A program made the translations under genes and the position numbers. Source: Squalus acanthias (Eukaryota). Taken from it: a DNA stretch of 64,000 bases. The stretch's first letter is position 1, and the number at the start of each line of letters is the position of its first letter. The stretch is from the NCBI GenBank assembly GCA_030390025.1, contig CM059431.1, positions 153,638,001 through 153,702,000 of the forward strand, read 5' to 3'. Positions 23,446-34,577 of the stretch are shown here, piece by piece. The notes under the pieces were generated by a model. The model was not told the DNA's origin. It searched no databases and worked only from the letters and a program-made list of their open reading frames with translations.

Positions 23446-26173
23446 ATAGATACATAGATACATAGAACAGTACAGCACAGTACAGGCCCTTCGGCCCTCG
23501 ATGTTGTGCCGAGCATTGTCCGAGACCAAGATCAAGCTATTACACTCCCTATCACTCTGGTGTGCTCCATGTGCTTATCCAATAACCGCTTGAAAGTTCC
23601 TAAAGTGTCCGACTCCACTATCACAGCAGGCAGTCCATTCCACACCCCAACCACTCTCTGAGTAAAGAATCTACCTCGGACATCCCTTCTATATCTCCCC
23701 CCATGCACCTTATAGTTATGCCCCCTTGTAACAGCTGCCTCTACCCGAGGAAATAGTCTCTGAACATCCACTCTATCTATCCCCCTCATCATCTTATAAA
23801 CCTCTATTAAGTCGCCTCTCATCCTCCTCCGCTCTAAAGAGAAAAGCCCCAACTCCCTCAATCTTTCCTCATAAGACCTCCCCCCCAAACCAGGCAGCAT
23901 CCTGGTAAATCTCCGTTGCACTCTTTCCAATGCTTCCACGTCCTTCCTATAGTGAGGTGACCAGAACTGCACACAATATTCCAAATGTGGTCTCACCAAG
24001 GTCCTGTACAGTTGCAGCATAACCTCACGGTTCTTAAACTCAAACCCTCTGTTAATAAACGCCAACACACCATAGGCCTTCTTTACTGCTCTATCCACTT
24101 GAGTGGCAACCTTCAGAGATCTGTGGATATGAACCCCCAGATCCCTCTGCTCCTCCACGTTCCTCAGAACCCTGCCGTTGACCCTGTAATCCTTATTCAA
24201 ATTTGCCCTACCAAAATGAATCACCTCGCACTTATCAGGGTTAAATTCCATCTGCCATTTTTCGGCCCAGCTCTGCATCCTATCAATGTCTCTTTGCAGC
24301 CTACAACTGCCCTCCACCTCATCCACTACTCCACCAATCTTGGTGTCATCAGCAAATTTACTGATCCACCCTTCAGTCCCCTCCTCCAAGTCATTGATAA
24401 AAATCACAAACAGCAGAGGACCCAGCACCGACCCCTGTGGCACACCGCTGGTAACTGGTCTCCAGTCCGAAAATGTTCCATCCACCACCACCCTCTGCCT
24501 TCTATGAGATAGCCAGTTACTTATCCAATCGGCCAAATTTCCCTCTATCCCACAACTCCTTACTTTCTTCATGAGACGACCATGGGGAACCTTATCAAAC
24601 GCCTTACTAAAATCCATGTATACGACATCAACTGCTCTACCTTCATCTACACACTTAGTTACCTCCTCAAAGAATTCAATCAAATTTGTTAGGCAAGACT
24701 TACCCTTCACGAATCCGTGTTGACTATCCCTGATTAAGTTGCCCCTTTCCAAATGGTCATAAATCCTATCCCTCAGGACCTTTTCCATTATCTTACCAAC
24801 CACCGAAGTAAGACTAACCGGCCTATAATTACCAGGGTAATTCCTATTTCCTTTCTTGAAGAGAGGAACAACATTCGCCACTCTCCAGTCCTCTGGCACC
24901 ATCCCCGTGGACAGTGAGGACCCATAGATCAAAGCCAAAGGCTCTGCAATCTCCTCCCTTGCCTCCCAAAGAATCCTAGGATATATCCCATCTGGCCCAG
25001 GGGACTTATCGACCCTCAGGTTCTTCAAAATTGCTAAAACATCTTCCCTCAGAACATCTACCACCTCCAGCCTATCCACCTTTATCACACTCTCATCCTC
25101 AAGAACATGGCCCCTCTCCTCGGTGAACACTGACCAAAAGTATTCATTCATCACCTCTCCTATCTCTTCTGACTCCATGCACAAGTTCCCACTACTGTCC
25201 TTGACCGGCCCTACCCTCACCCTGGTCATTCTTTTATTTCTCACATAAGAGTAAAAAGCCTTGGGGTTTTTCTTGATCCGACCCGCCAAGGACTTCTCAT
25301 GCCCCCTCCTAGCTCTCCTAAGCTCTTTTTTTAACTCATTCCTTGCTACCTTGTACCCCTCAATCGACCCAACTGAACCTTGTTTTCTCATCCTTACATA
25401 CGCTTCCTTTTTCCTCTTGACTAGACATTCAACCTCTTTTGTGAACCATGGTTCTCTCACTCGGCCATTTCCTCCCTGCCTGACAGGGACATACCTATCA
25501 AGGACACGCAGTAATTGCTCCATGAAAAAGCTCCACTTTTCGTTTGTGCCTTTCCCTGATAGTTTCTGTTCCCATCTTATACTCCCTAATTCTTGCCTAA
25601 TCGCATCATAATTACCCCTCCCCCAATTAGAAACCCTGCCCTGCCGTATGGCCCTATCCCTCTCAATTGCAATAGTGAAAGTTACCGAATTGTGGTCACT
25701 ATCTCCAAAGTGCTCTCCCACATACAAATCAAACACTTGGCCCGGTTCATTACCCAGTACCAAATCCAATGTGGCCCCACCTCTTGTCGGCCTATCCACA
25801 TATTGTGTCAGGAAACCCTCCTGCACACACTGTGCAAAAACTATCCCATCCGAACTGTTTGACCTATAAAGGTTCCAATCAATATTTGGAAAGTTGAAGT
25901 CACCCATGACAACTACTCTGTGACCTCCACACCTATTCATAATCTGCTTTGCAATTTCTTCCTCCACATCTTTATTACTATTTGGGGGCCTGTAGAAAAC
26001 TCCTAACAACGTGACCGCTCCTTTCCTATTTCTAACTTCAGCCCATATTACCTCAGACGGCAGATCCCCCTCGATCTGCCTTTCTGCCGCTGTTAAACTA
26101 TCCTTGATTAACAATGCTACTCCTCCACCTTTCTTACCAACTTCCCTACTCTTACTGAAACATCTATACCCCG
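23446..26173 (-). mobile_element. Young 5'-truncated CR1 LINE with uninterrupted ORF2
   Basis: 860-aa ORF plus 3' UTR and (gtatctat)n tail at ~23446-23465. Confidence 0.97.
23532..26114 (-). CDS. CR1 ORF2 (partial APE endonuclease + reverse transcriptase)
   Basis: MGDFNFPNIDW, LDLVL, SDH, KSPGPDG, NYRPVSLTS, GVPQGSVLGPLLF, KFADDTK. The frame stays open to the truncation at ~26173. Confidence 0.93.
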   Translation of the reverse strand: MLIKDSLTAAERQIEGDLPSEVIWAEVRNRKGAVTLLGVFYRPPNSNKDVEEEIAKQIMNRCGGHRVVVMGDFNFPNIDWNLYRSNSSDGIVFAQCVQEGFLTQYVDRPTRGGATLDLVLGNEPGQVFDLYVGEHFGDSDHNSVTFTIAIERDRAIRQGRVSNWGRGNYDAIRQELGSIRWEQKLSGKGTNEKWSFFMEQLLRVLDRYVPVRQGGNGRVREPWFTKEVECLVKRKKEAYVRMRKQGSVGSIEGYKVARNELKKELRRARRGHEKSLAGRIKKNPKAFYSYVRNKRMTRVRVGPVKDSSGNLCMESEEIGEVMNEYFWSVFTEERGHVLEDESVIKVDRLEVVDVLREDVLAILKNLRVDKSPGPDGIYPRILWEAREEIAEPLALIYGSSLSTGMVPEDWRVANVVPLFKKGNRNYPGNYRPVSLTSVVGKIMEKVLRDRIYDHLERGNLIRDSQHGFVKGKSCLTNLIEFFEEVTKCVDEGRAVDVVYMDFSKAFDKVPHGRLMKKVRSCGIEGNLADWISNWLSHRRQRVVVDGTFSDWRPVTSGVPQGSVLGPLLFVIFINDLEEGTEGWISKFADDTKIGGVVDEVEGSCRLQRDIDRMQSWAEKWQMEFNPDKCEVIHFGRANLNKDYRVNGRVLRNVEEQRDLGVHIHRSLKVATQVDRAVKKAYGVLAFINRGFEFKNREVMLQLYRTLVRPHLEYCVQFWSPHYRKDVEALERVQRRFTRMLPGLGGRSYEERLRELGLFSLERRRMRGDLIEVYKMMRGIDRVDVQRLFPRVEAAVTRGHNYKVHGGRYRRDVRGRFFTQRVVGVWNGLPAVIVESDTLGTFKRLLDKHMEHTRVIGSVIA

Positions 26174-26470
26174 GAGCAGGAGGGTCGGTAACCAGAGGAC
26201 ACAGACTGAAGGTGATTGGCTAAAGAACCAGCAGCGAGATGAGGAGAACTTTTTGTGTGCAGTGAGTTGTAATGATCGGGAATGCACTGCCTGAAAGGGT
26301 GGTGGAAACAGAATCAATGGTTACTTTCAAAATGGGATTGGATAAAGACTTGAAGGGGAACATTTTACAGGGCTACGGGGAAAGGGCAGGGGAGTGGGAC
26401 TAATGGGATAGCGCTTTTAAAGAGCTGGCACAGGCACAATGGGACGAAAGGCCTTGTAAAAGCTTAAAAG

Positions 26471-27107
26471 ATAAACCAAATTTTAAAGGAGAATCTGAAT
26501 GCCTCCAGTGAGGCCGCACGAAATGATGTTTGTGTCATGTATGGATCTTGGTTCGTGGTAGAAGCCCGTGAAAACCTGCAGAGCACTGCTGAGGGGAACT
26601 CCTCTTGTGGGTGACTGATCGACAGCTGAGGGCAATGTCCACTTCTCAATTTACCATGAATATGTGTAAAGTCAAGGGGTTGGTACAGGTGTACCATGAA
26701 ACATTACCGCCATTTGCATGAACAGAAGGACATCACCTACTTAGGGACGGTATTGCATTATCCCATTCTGCATGAAAAGGCAAACCCTAAATCCTCTATT
26801 CCGTGTGGAGAATATAGCAGTACGACAGGGAGACGACTTAATAAGGTATGAAGAACCCCCGCAGTAGGTGACCCGAGTGGATGTGACCACATGGGTGGCC
26901 TCAGATCTTACCGAGTGCGCTCAAGCTCGGGGTACATTCATCTGCCCTTATGACGTGGTAGAACACGCAGCACATGCGTGCGGATTTGATTGGGATGGGA
27001 TACAATGGAACCGCACCATGAAAATAGTTGTAGGAAAGCTCTTCCCCGTACAGTGTGCGTACCGAGGAAAAGGTGAGTATTGTGTCAACAACATACACCG
27101 GGAATAC
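26471..27107 (+). pseudogene. Degraded viral class I fusion (paramyxovirus-F-like / lokiretrovirus-type env) fragment
   Basis: Stitched translation across several frameshifts and two stops: INQILKENLNASSEAARNDVCVMYGSW...LGTVLHYPILHEKANPK/PLFRVENIAVRQG/..LIRYEEPPQ*VTRVDVTTWVASDLTECAQARGTFICPYD...CGF...AYRGKGEYCV. Similarity judged by eye only. Confidence 0.5.
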
Positions 27108-29670
27108 CATAAGAACATAAGGAATAAGAGCAGGAGTAGGCCATACGGCCCCTCGAGCCTGCTCCACCATTCAATAAGGTCATCGCTCATCATCGAACTC
27201 AACTCCACTTTCCCGCCCGATCGCCATATCCCTTGATTCCCCGAGAGTCCACAAATCAAACTATCTCAGCCCTGAATATACTCAAAAACTCAGCATCCAA
27301 AGCCTTCTGGGGCAGAGAATTCCAAAGATTCACAACCTTCTGAGTGAAGAAATTCCTCCCCATCTCAGTCTTAAATGGCCTACCCCTTATCCTGAGACTA
27401 TAGCCCCTAGTTCTAGATACTCCAGCAAGGGGAAACAACCTGTCAGCATCTACCCTCTCAATCCCCGTCCGAATCGTGTACGTTTCAATGAGATCACCTC
27501 TCATTCTTCTAAACTCCATGGAGTATAGGCCCATTCTACACAATCTCTCATCTTAGGACACACCTCTCATCCCAGGAATCAATCCAGTGAAACTTGGTTG
27601 CACCGTCTCCAAGGCAAGTATATCCTTCCTTAGATAAGGAGACCAAAACTGTGCACAGTACTCCAGGTGTGGTCTCCCCAAGGCTCTGTACAATTGTAGC
27701 AAGCCTTCCTTACTCTTACACACCAACCCCCTTGCAATAAAGGCCAACATGCCATTTGACGTCCTTATTGCTTGCTGTCCCTGCATGCTAGCTTTCTGTG
27801 TTTCATGCACGAAGACACCCAAATCTCTATGAACACCAACATTTGAAAATTTCTCACCAGTTAAAAAATATTCTGTTTTTCTATTCTTCCTACCGAAGTG
27901 AATAACCTCACATTTCCCTACATTATACGCCATCTGCCACCTTATTCCCCACTCACTTAGTCTATCTATATCCCTTTGCAGACTCTTTGTGTTCTCCTCA
28001 CAGCTTACTGTCCCACCTAGCTTTGTATCACCAGCAAACTTGGATACATTACACTCGGTCCCTTCATCTAGGTCATTAATATAGATTGTAAATAACTTAG
28101 GCCCCAACACTGCTCATGGTGGCACCCCACTAGTTACAGCCTGCCAACCTGAAAAACACCCATTTATCCCTACACTCTGCTTTCTCTCCATTAATAAATC
28201 CTCTATCCATACTATTATATTATCCCCAACCCCATGAGTCCTAATCTTGTGTAATAACCTTTTATGTGGCACCTTATCGAATGCCTTTTGGAAATCCAAA
28301 TATACTACATCCACTGGTTCCCCTTTATCTACCATGTTAGTTACATCCTCAAAAAACTCTAATAAATTTGTCAAACACGATTTCCCTTTCACAAAACCAA
28401 GTTGACTCTGCCTAATCATGTTATGATTTTCTAAGTGCCCTGATACCACTTCCTTAACAATGGATTCCAGCATTTTCCAGACGACTGACGTCAGGCTAAC
28501 TGGCCTGTAGTTCCCTTTTTTCTCTCTCACTCCTCTCTTGAATAGCGGTGTTACACTTGCGACCTTCCAATCTGCTGGGACCATTCTAGAATCTAGGGAA
28601 TTTTGGAAAATCAAAACCAATGCCTCCACTATCTCTTCAGCCACCTTTTTAAGAACCCTAGGATGTCGGCCGTCAGATCCATGGGATTTATTGGCTTTTA
28701 GTATCATTAGTTTCTCTCGTAATTATTCTCTACTGTTATTAATTACGTTAAGTTCCTCTCCCTCATTAGACCCTTGATTCCCCACCATTTTTGGTACGCT
28801 TTTTGTGTCTTCTACTGTGAAGACAGATACAAAATATTTGTTTAACGTTTCCGCCATTTCCTTATTCCCCATAATAATTTCTCCTTTCTAAGCCTCTAAG
28901 GGACCAACGTTTACTTTTGCCACTCTATTCCTTTTTATATACTTGTAGAAGCTCTTACAATCTGCTTTTATATTTCTTGCTAGTTTCTCTCATATTCTAT
29001 TGTTTTACCTTTTTATCAATGTTTTGGTCATTCTTTGCTGGTTTCTGAAACTTTCCCAATCTTTAGATTTAACATTATTCTTCGCAACATTATAATCTTC
29101 TTCTTTCAATCTAATACTATCCTTAACTTCTTTAGTTAGCCACGGTTCGATCACTTTTCCTGTGGAGTTTTTTTTCTCTCAATGGAATGTATTTTTGTTC
29201 AGATTTATGAAATATTTCTTTCAGTGCTAGTCACTGCTTATCTACTGCCATACATTTTGATCTATTTTTCAAATTTACCTTCGCCAAATCGCCCATCATA
29301 TCTATGTAATTGTCTGCATTTAAGTTTAATACTCTAATCGGACTTTGGCAAATCACTCTCAAACTTAATGTGAAATTATATCATATTATGATCACTCTGC
29401 CCCAGAGGGTCTTTACTATGAGATTGATAATTAACCCTGTCTCATTACACAATACGAGATCTAAAATAGCTTAAAATAACGTTTCAAGTCTGACGAAGGA
29501 TCATCGACCTGAAACATTAACTCTGTTTCACTCTCCACTGATGCTGCCTGACCTGCTGAGTGTTTCCAGCATTTTCTGTTTTTATCTAAAATAACCTATT
29601 CCCTTGTTGGTGCATGACGTATTGTTCTAGGATACTGTCCCGGATGCATTCCATGAATTCGTCCTCCAGA
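27108..29670 (-). mobile_element. CR1 LINE (frameshifted ORF2 + 3' UTR)
   Basis: ORFs 27256-27543, 27553-28110 and 28114-28707 are consecutive RT segments. Tail cataagaacataag at 27108. Confidence 0.95.
29471..29585 (+). mobile_element. Short Penelope-derived repeat with degenerate hammerhead motif, inserted in CR1
   Basis: ctgacgaaggatcatcgacctgaaacattaactctg...gctgcctgacctgctgag...ccagcattttctgttttt, flanked by a duplicated atctaaaata(g/a)c. Confidence 0.65.
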
Positions 29671-30097
29671 GGGTGAGGTGCTGGTGAGGTAGAGCTGGGT
29701 GTCATCTGCCAATATGTGGACCCTGATGCTGTTTCTGTGGATGAGGTCACCTAGGGGAAGCATGTAGATGAGAAATAGGTGCGGGCCAAGGATAGATCTC
29801 TGAGGGACTCCAGTGGTAACGGTGCGGAAGCGGGAAGAGAATTCATTGCAGTTAATTATCTGTCTACGAGTGGACAGAAAAGAATGGAACCAGGCGAGTG
29901 CAGCCCCACCCAGCTGGACAACAGAGGAGAAGCGCTGGAGGAGGATGGTGTGGTCAACCGTGTCAAAGGCTGCAGATCGGTCGAGAAGGACGAGGAGGGA
30001 TAGCTTACCACGGTCACAGTCACATAGGATGGCATTTATGCCTGTGATAAGGGCCGTTTCGGTACTGAGGCCGGGGCGGAAACCTGATTGGAGAGAC
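29670..30097 (-). mobile_element. L2-like LINE RT fragment
   Basis: Reverse complement encodes ..ADDTQLY.. and ..LLDRSAAFDTVDH.. Confidence 0.75.
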
Positions 30098-30405
30098 AGA
30101 TATTATTTGGAAGGATTCCTTTAATATAAATATATATCAGGTAATATGGATAACGTCAGGTAACTGCTAAGGTGTGCGTAACTTGTAAGCACAGGCCCAT
30201 TAGGAAATCATTCGGCCTCAGCTCTTTAATTCACGCTTTAAAGCACCGACATTATCTTATAACCGATCACAAAAATTGTTATAATTCGCAAAAAATGAAT
30301 AATATTCATTTATTTTATTGAGGCTGCAGGAAACATCAGCTTGAATTGCTCGTGTTTTAAGGTGCCATATGAAAGTAAGATTTGAAAATCTTAACTGGAG
30401 GATTA

Positions 30406-30474
30406 ACCACTGCACGGACTTGAACCCCGGACCCTCATATTTAAAATCTGGCGCTCCACCTGAAAGAGCCAGGC
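30406..30474 (-). pseudogene. Highly degenerate tRNA-Lys pseudogene
   Basis: Reverse complement ...gagcgccagattttaaatatgagggtccggggttcaagtcc. Flanks are homologous to those of the 22217 and 22689 copies. Confidence 0.6.
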
Positions 30475-30914
30475 TCACACTTTCACTTTCACACAGCGCC
30501 CTCCACTGGCTGACATGGAACATTACATCTTTCACATTCCATATTTCCCACTACATTCATCCCGCGTGTACAAGGCATTTCTCTCACACACCCACACTCA
30601 CTGCCTGCCACAGACATCACTTCACAAATACTGTCCAACCCACCCACTGCTCGCTCTTTAACCGCGCTACAATCCAGTACACAGCGCACCGTAATGGCTC
30701 CAGTTTGCATTTCGAAACAGTTCTATCTGCTTCGATAAAGTGTGCTTCCGGGGAGGGAGAGAAATGTTAAGAAAAGCACAATCTTTAACAGGCTCAAATG
30801 CTAAAAGCTGTACAAGGCCAATGAACGAAGCTGAATTTATTGATGATTATTCATACTCTAACAGCATAACCTATGAAAATTGTGAAGTGAAGATGTGGGG
30901 CAGAGGCTAATGGA

Positions 30915-31610
30915 ATTACAGAATGATACAGCACAAAAGGAGGCTGCTCGGCCCATCCTGCTTCTGGCGACTCTTTGGTAGAGCAATCCAATTAATCCCA
31001 ATCCCTGCGTTTTTTCCATTGCCCGGTAATTTATTTCGCTTCAAGTATTTATCCAATACACTTTTGAATGTTATTATTGAATCTGCTCTCACCACCCTGT
31101 CAGGCCGTGCATTCCACATCACAGCCATTCACTGTGTAAAAAAATGTTTCTTCAATCGCCTCTGGTTCATTTGCCAATCACCATCAGTCTGTGTCCTCTG
31201 GTTACCGTCCCTTCTGCCACTGAAAACAGTCTCTCCTTATTTACTCTATCAAAACCATTGGTGATTTTGAACACCTGAATCAAATCTCCTCTTAACCTGC
31301 TCTGCTCTAAGGAGAACAACCCCAGCTTTTCCAGTCTAGTCGCATGAGTGAAGTCCCTCATCCAGAGAACCATTCCAGTCAGCCTCTTCTGCACCCTCTC
31401 CAATGCCTTGATATCCTTCCTAAAGTGCGGTGCCCAGATTTGGACAGAATAGTCCAGTTGAGGCCGAACCAGTGTTTTATAAAAGTTTAGCATAACGTCC
31501 TTGCTTTTGTACTTTATTCCTCTATTAATAAAGCCAAAGATACCACAGGCTGTTTTAAATCCTTCGCGACTTGTCCTGCCAATTTCAACGATTTGTGCAC
31601 ATAAACCCCA
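30915..31610 (-). mobile_element. CR1 3' fragment
   Basis: ORF 31167-31493 reads LVRPQLDYSVQIWAPHFRKDIKALERVQ. Confidence 0.9.
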
Positions 31611-32235
31611 TGTTGCCCGTTATCTCAAGGGGGCTGAAATATAAAGGGGTGGATGTTATGTTACCGTATTGCAAAGATCTGGTTAGACCCCATTTAGATT
31701 ACTGCATTCAGTTCTGGGTAACGCGCCTCAGGAAGGACAAATTGGCCTTGGAAAGGGTGCAGCGCACAGTTACCAGAATTATACCGGCGCTAAAAGGGTT
31801 ACATTGTGAAGACAGGCTGTATAGACTAGGCTTGTATTCCTTTGAGTATATAAAATGAAGGAGTGATCGAATTGGCCTATTTAAGATGATGAAATGAGTT
31901 GATATTGTAGATAGAAAGAAAGATTTGCTCTGGTGGGGGAATACAGAACAAGGGGGCTTAACCTTAAAATCATAGCTAGGCCGTTCAGGGCTGATGTCAA
32001 TAAGCGCTCCTTCATAGACTGGGAAGTGGAAATCTGGAACACTCCGTCGCAAGAACCTGATTAGCCTGCGGCTCAATTAAACATTTCAAAACTGAAATTG
32101 GCAGATTTTTCTCACGCAAGGGTACAAAGGGTTAGGGAACTGTGACGGGTACATGGAGGTAAGATGCAGATCAATCATGATATGGCTGAATGGTGGAACA
32201 GGCTTGAGGGGCTGACTGGCCTACTCCTGTTCCTA
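31611..32235 (+). mobile_element. CR1 3' fragment
   Basis: LVRPHLDYCIQFW...LERVQR, followed by a 3' UTR motif at ~32200. Confidence 0.85.
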
Positions 32236-32552
32236 AAATCGGAGAATAAGATGAGGTGGTGAGATTAAGGAGAAGGGAGTCAGATTATGGAGAACCATGA
32301 GATTGAGGAGTAGGGATCAGATTGAAGAGAAGAGTTCAGATTCAGGAGAAAGGGTCATTTTAGTTCGGAGGAGACTCGGGGCAGGTTGATGGCTGTTAGT
32401 GTATTTGAGATAGAATGTGCTGAGAAGAGGTGTCGAGCTGAAGCCATGGGGTGACGGTGCGTGTACTCAGAGGGCGGCTGTGGGCAGGAAGTGAAGGGTC
32501 TGTAATTCCCTAACACAGCCACTCAGTGTCGCTGTTTCATTGGCACTTTAGA

Positions 32553-33039
32553 GCCCGGAAAGTTCAGTCGGGAGAGCATCAGACTTTTAGAAACATAGAA
32601 CAATAGGAGCAGCAGTAGGCCATTCGGCCCTTCGAGCCTGCTCCGCCATTTAATATGATCATGGCTGATCCTCTATCTCAATACCATATTCCCGATCTCT
32701 CCCCATACCCCTTGATGCCTTTTGTGTCTAGAAAACTGTCTATCTCCTTCTTAAATATATTCAGTGACTTGGCCTCCACAGCCTTCTGTGGTAGAGAATT
32801 CCACAGGTTCACCACCCTCTGAGTGGAGAAATTTCTCCTCATCTCAGTCCTAAATGTCCTACCCCGTATTCTGAGACTGTGACCCCTCGTTCTAGACCCC
32901 CCAGCCAGGGGAAACATCCTCCCTGCATCCAGTCTGTCTAGCCCTGTCAGAATTTTATACGTTACAATGAGATCCCCTCTCATTCTTCTAAACTCTCGTG
33001 AATAATTTGAGGGTGCGGGTTTCAAGTCCCTATTCACCC
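32553..33039 (+). pseudogene. tRNA-Lys(TTT) pseudogene split in the anticodon loop by CR1 (halves 32553-32589 and ~33003-33039)
   Basis: gcccggaaagttcagtcgggagagcatcagactttta [insert] atttgagggtgcgggtttcaagtccctattc. Confidence 0.8.
32590..33000 (-). mobile_element. CR1 3' fragment
   Basis: EFRRMRGDLIVTYKILTGLDRLD, 3' UTR and gaaacata tail. Confidence 0.92.
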
Positions 33040-33539
33040 TCTGCTTTAATCAATGGATACCGCAATTGAAAGCATTGATGTTAGATTATAACTCTATCAC
33101 AAAATCGTTTTGAATTGAAAAATATTCATGCATTTTATTGAGACAGCACGAAAGATCAGCTTGAACTGCTCGTGATTTATGGTTCTCTTGAAAAGTAAGA
33201 TTTGAATGAAAGAAAGATAAGATCACGGCTGATCTGTATCCGAACTCCATCCCCCGCCTTGGCTCCATATCCTTTTATAACCTTGTCTAGCAAAACTCAA
33301 TCGATCTCCGATTTAAAAAGATTAATTGAACTGTTTTCTGTGCGAGAGAATTCCACACTTCTGCCACCCTTTGCAGGAAGAAGTGTTTACTAACTTCCCT
33401 CCTGAATGGCCTGGCTTTGTCTATCTGGTGCTGACACTGTTCTGGGAATGGAAAATAAACAAACTTCCCTTACTCCGATGTGCAGCAGTCCTCAGACAGA
33501 GAGAGACAATGAAATGTAAGAATAATTTAAAAGTGTAAG

Positions 33540-34280
33540 CAGGAGTTGCATTTATACTGCGTCTATCACGCTCACAGGAAGTCCCAAAGCGTTTTACAGC
33601 GAATTAAATACTTTTACAATTATATGCATTGTTGGAATGTAAGAAACGCGGCAGTCCATTTGCACAAAGCAAGATCCTACAAAAACCAATGAGAAAATTA
33701 CCAGATCATCTGGGCTGCTTTGTGATGTTTATTAAGGGGTAAATATTTGCCCAGGAAACCGAGGAGAACTCCCCTGCTTTTATCTAAAGATGAGTAACTT
33801 TACAGCGCCTGCCTAGGCTCAGTTGGTAGCACACTGACATCTGAAGTCGTGAACTAGTCCTGGGTTCATGTCTCACTCCAGGGACTTAAGCACCTAATCT
33901 AGGCTGACAATCCAGTGCAGTACCAAGAGAGCGCTGCACTGTCGGCAATTATTTTGGTCGAGGCCCCTTCTGCCCTCTCAGGTGGACATAAACGATCTCA
34001 TGGCCCCTCTTGGAAGAAGAGCAGGGAAGTTCTCCCCGGTGTCCTGGCTCAATATTTACCCCACTAAAGAAGAGATTGTCAGATCATTATCGCATTGCTG
34101 TTTGTGGGATCTTGCTGTTCGAAAATAGGCGGCTGCGTTTCCTACAGTACAACAGTACAAAAGTACTTCATTGGTTGTAAGGCGCTTTGGGACGTCCTGA
34201 GGTTGTAAAGGGCGCTATATCAATGCAAATTCTTTCTTTCTTCGAGTAGTGCCATGGGATCTACCACATCCACCTGAGGC
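33540..34280. mobile_element. Two nested Deu-domain (SacSINE1-like) SINEs: plus-strand copy ~33810-34240 inside a minus-strand copy
   Basis: tRNA-like head (ggctcagttggtagc...gggttcatgtc), central ctcaggtggacataaacgatctcatggc...gaagaagagcagggaagttctcccc, tail ggcgctatatcaatgcaaattctttctttc. Confidence 0.75.
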
Positions 34281-34571
34281 AGACTTTCATGGAAGGAAAA
34301 ATCGGCAGGGTTTCGCTATCGCCCGTTTCCCACTATCGCACGAAGTCAATATTACCGGATTATCACTGCATTTAGTCTGGAACCAGTCCCCGGGCTGGGA
34401 AATGCACCGGTGTGAATGCTGGGCTCACTGACTAGACTCACACGGCAATAGTGTCTTGGTGACACGCTGGAGAGTTCCTGGCACCCGCGCTCTGTTAACT
34501 AAGATAACACACAGTGAGGGGGAAGGAGAGAACAAAACAGGCCTTTTTCAATATATTCGCAGAATGCTTCA

Positions 34572-34577
34572 TTTATT
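34572..34577 (-). terminator. Candidate polyadenylation signal (AATAAA) downstream of ART
   Basis: tttatt on the plus strand, in unique sequence 3' of the ART gene. Confidence 0.3.

Larger units (their letters stand above)
23160..26460 (+). mobile_element. Older CR1 3' fragment, split by a younger CR1 (parts 23160-23445 and 26175-26460)
   Basis: Sequence ...gagaaactctttccagt resumes as gcaggagggtcggtaaccagaggacacaga after the insert. Confidence 0.85.
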
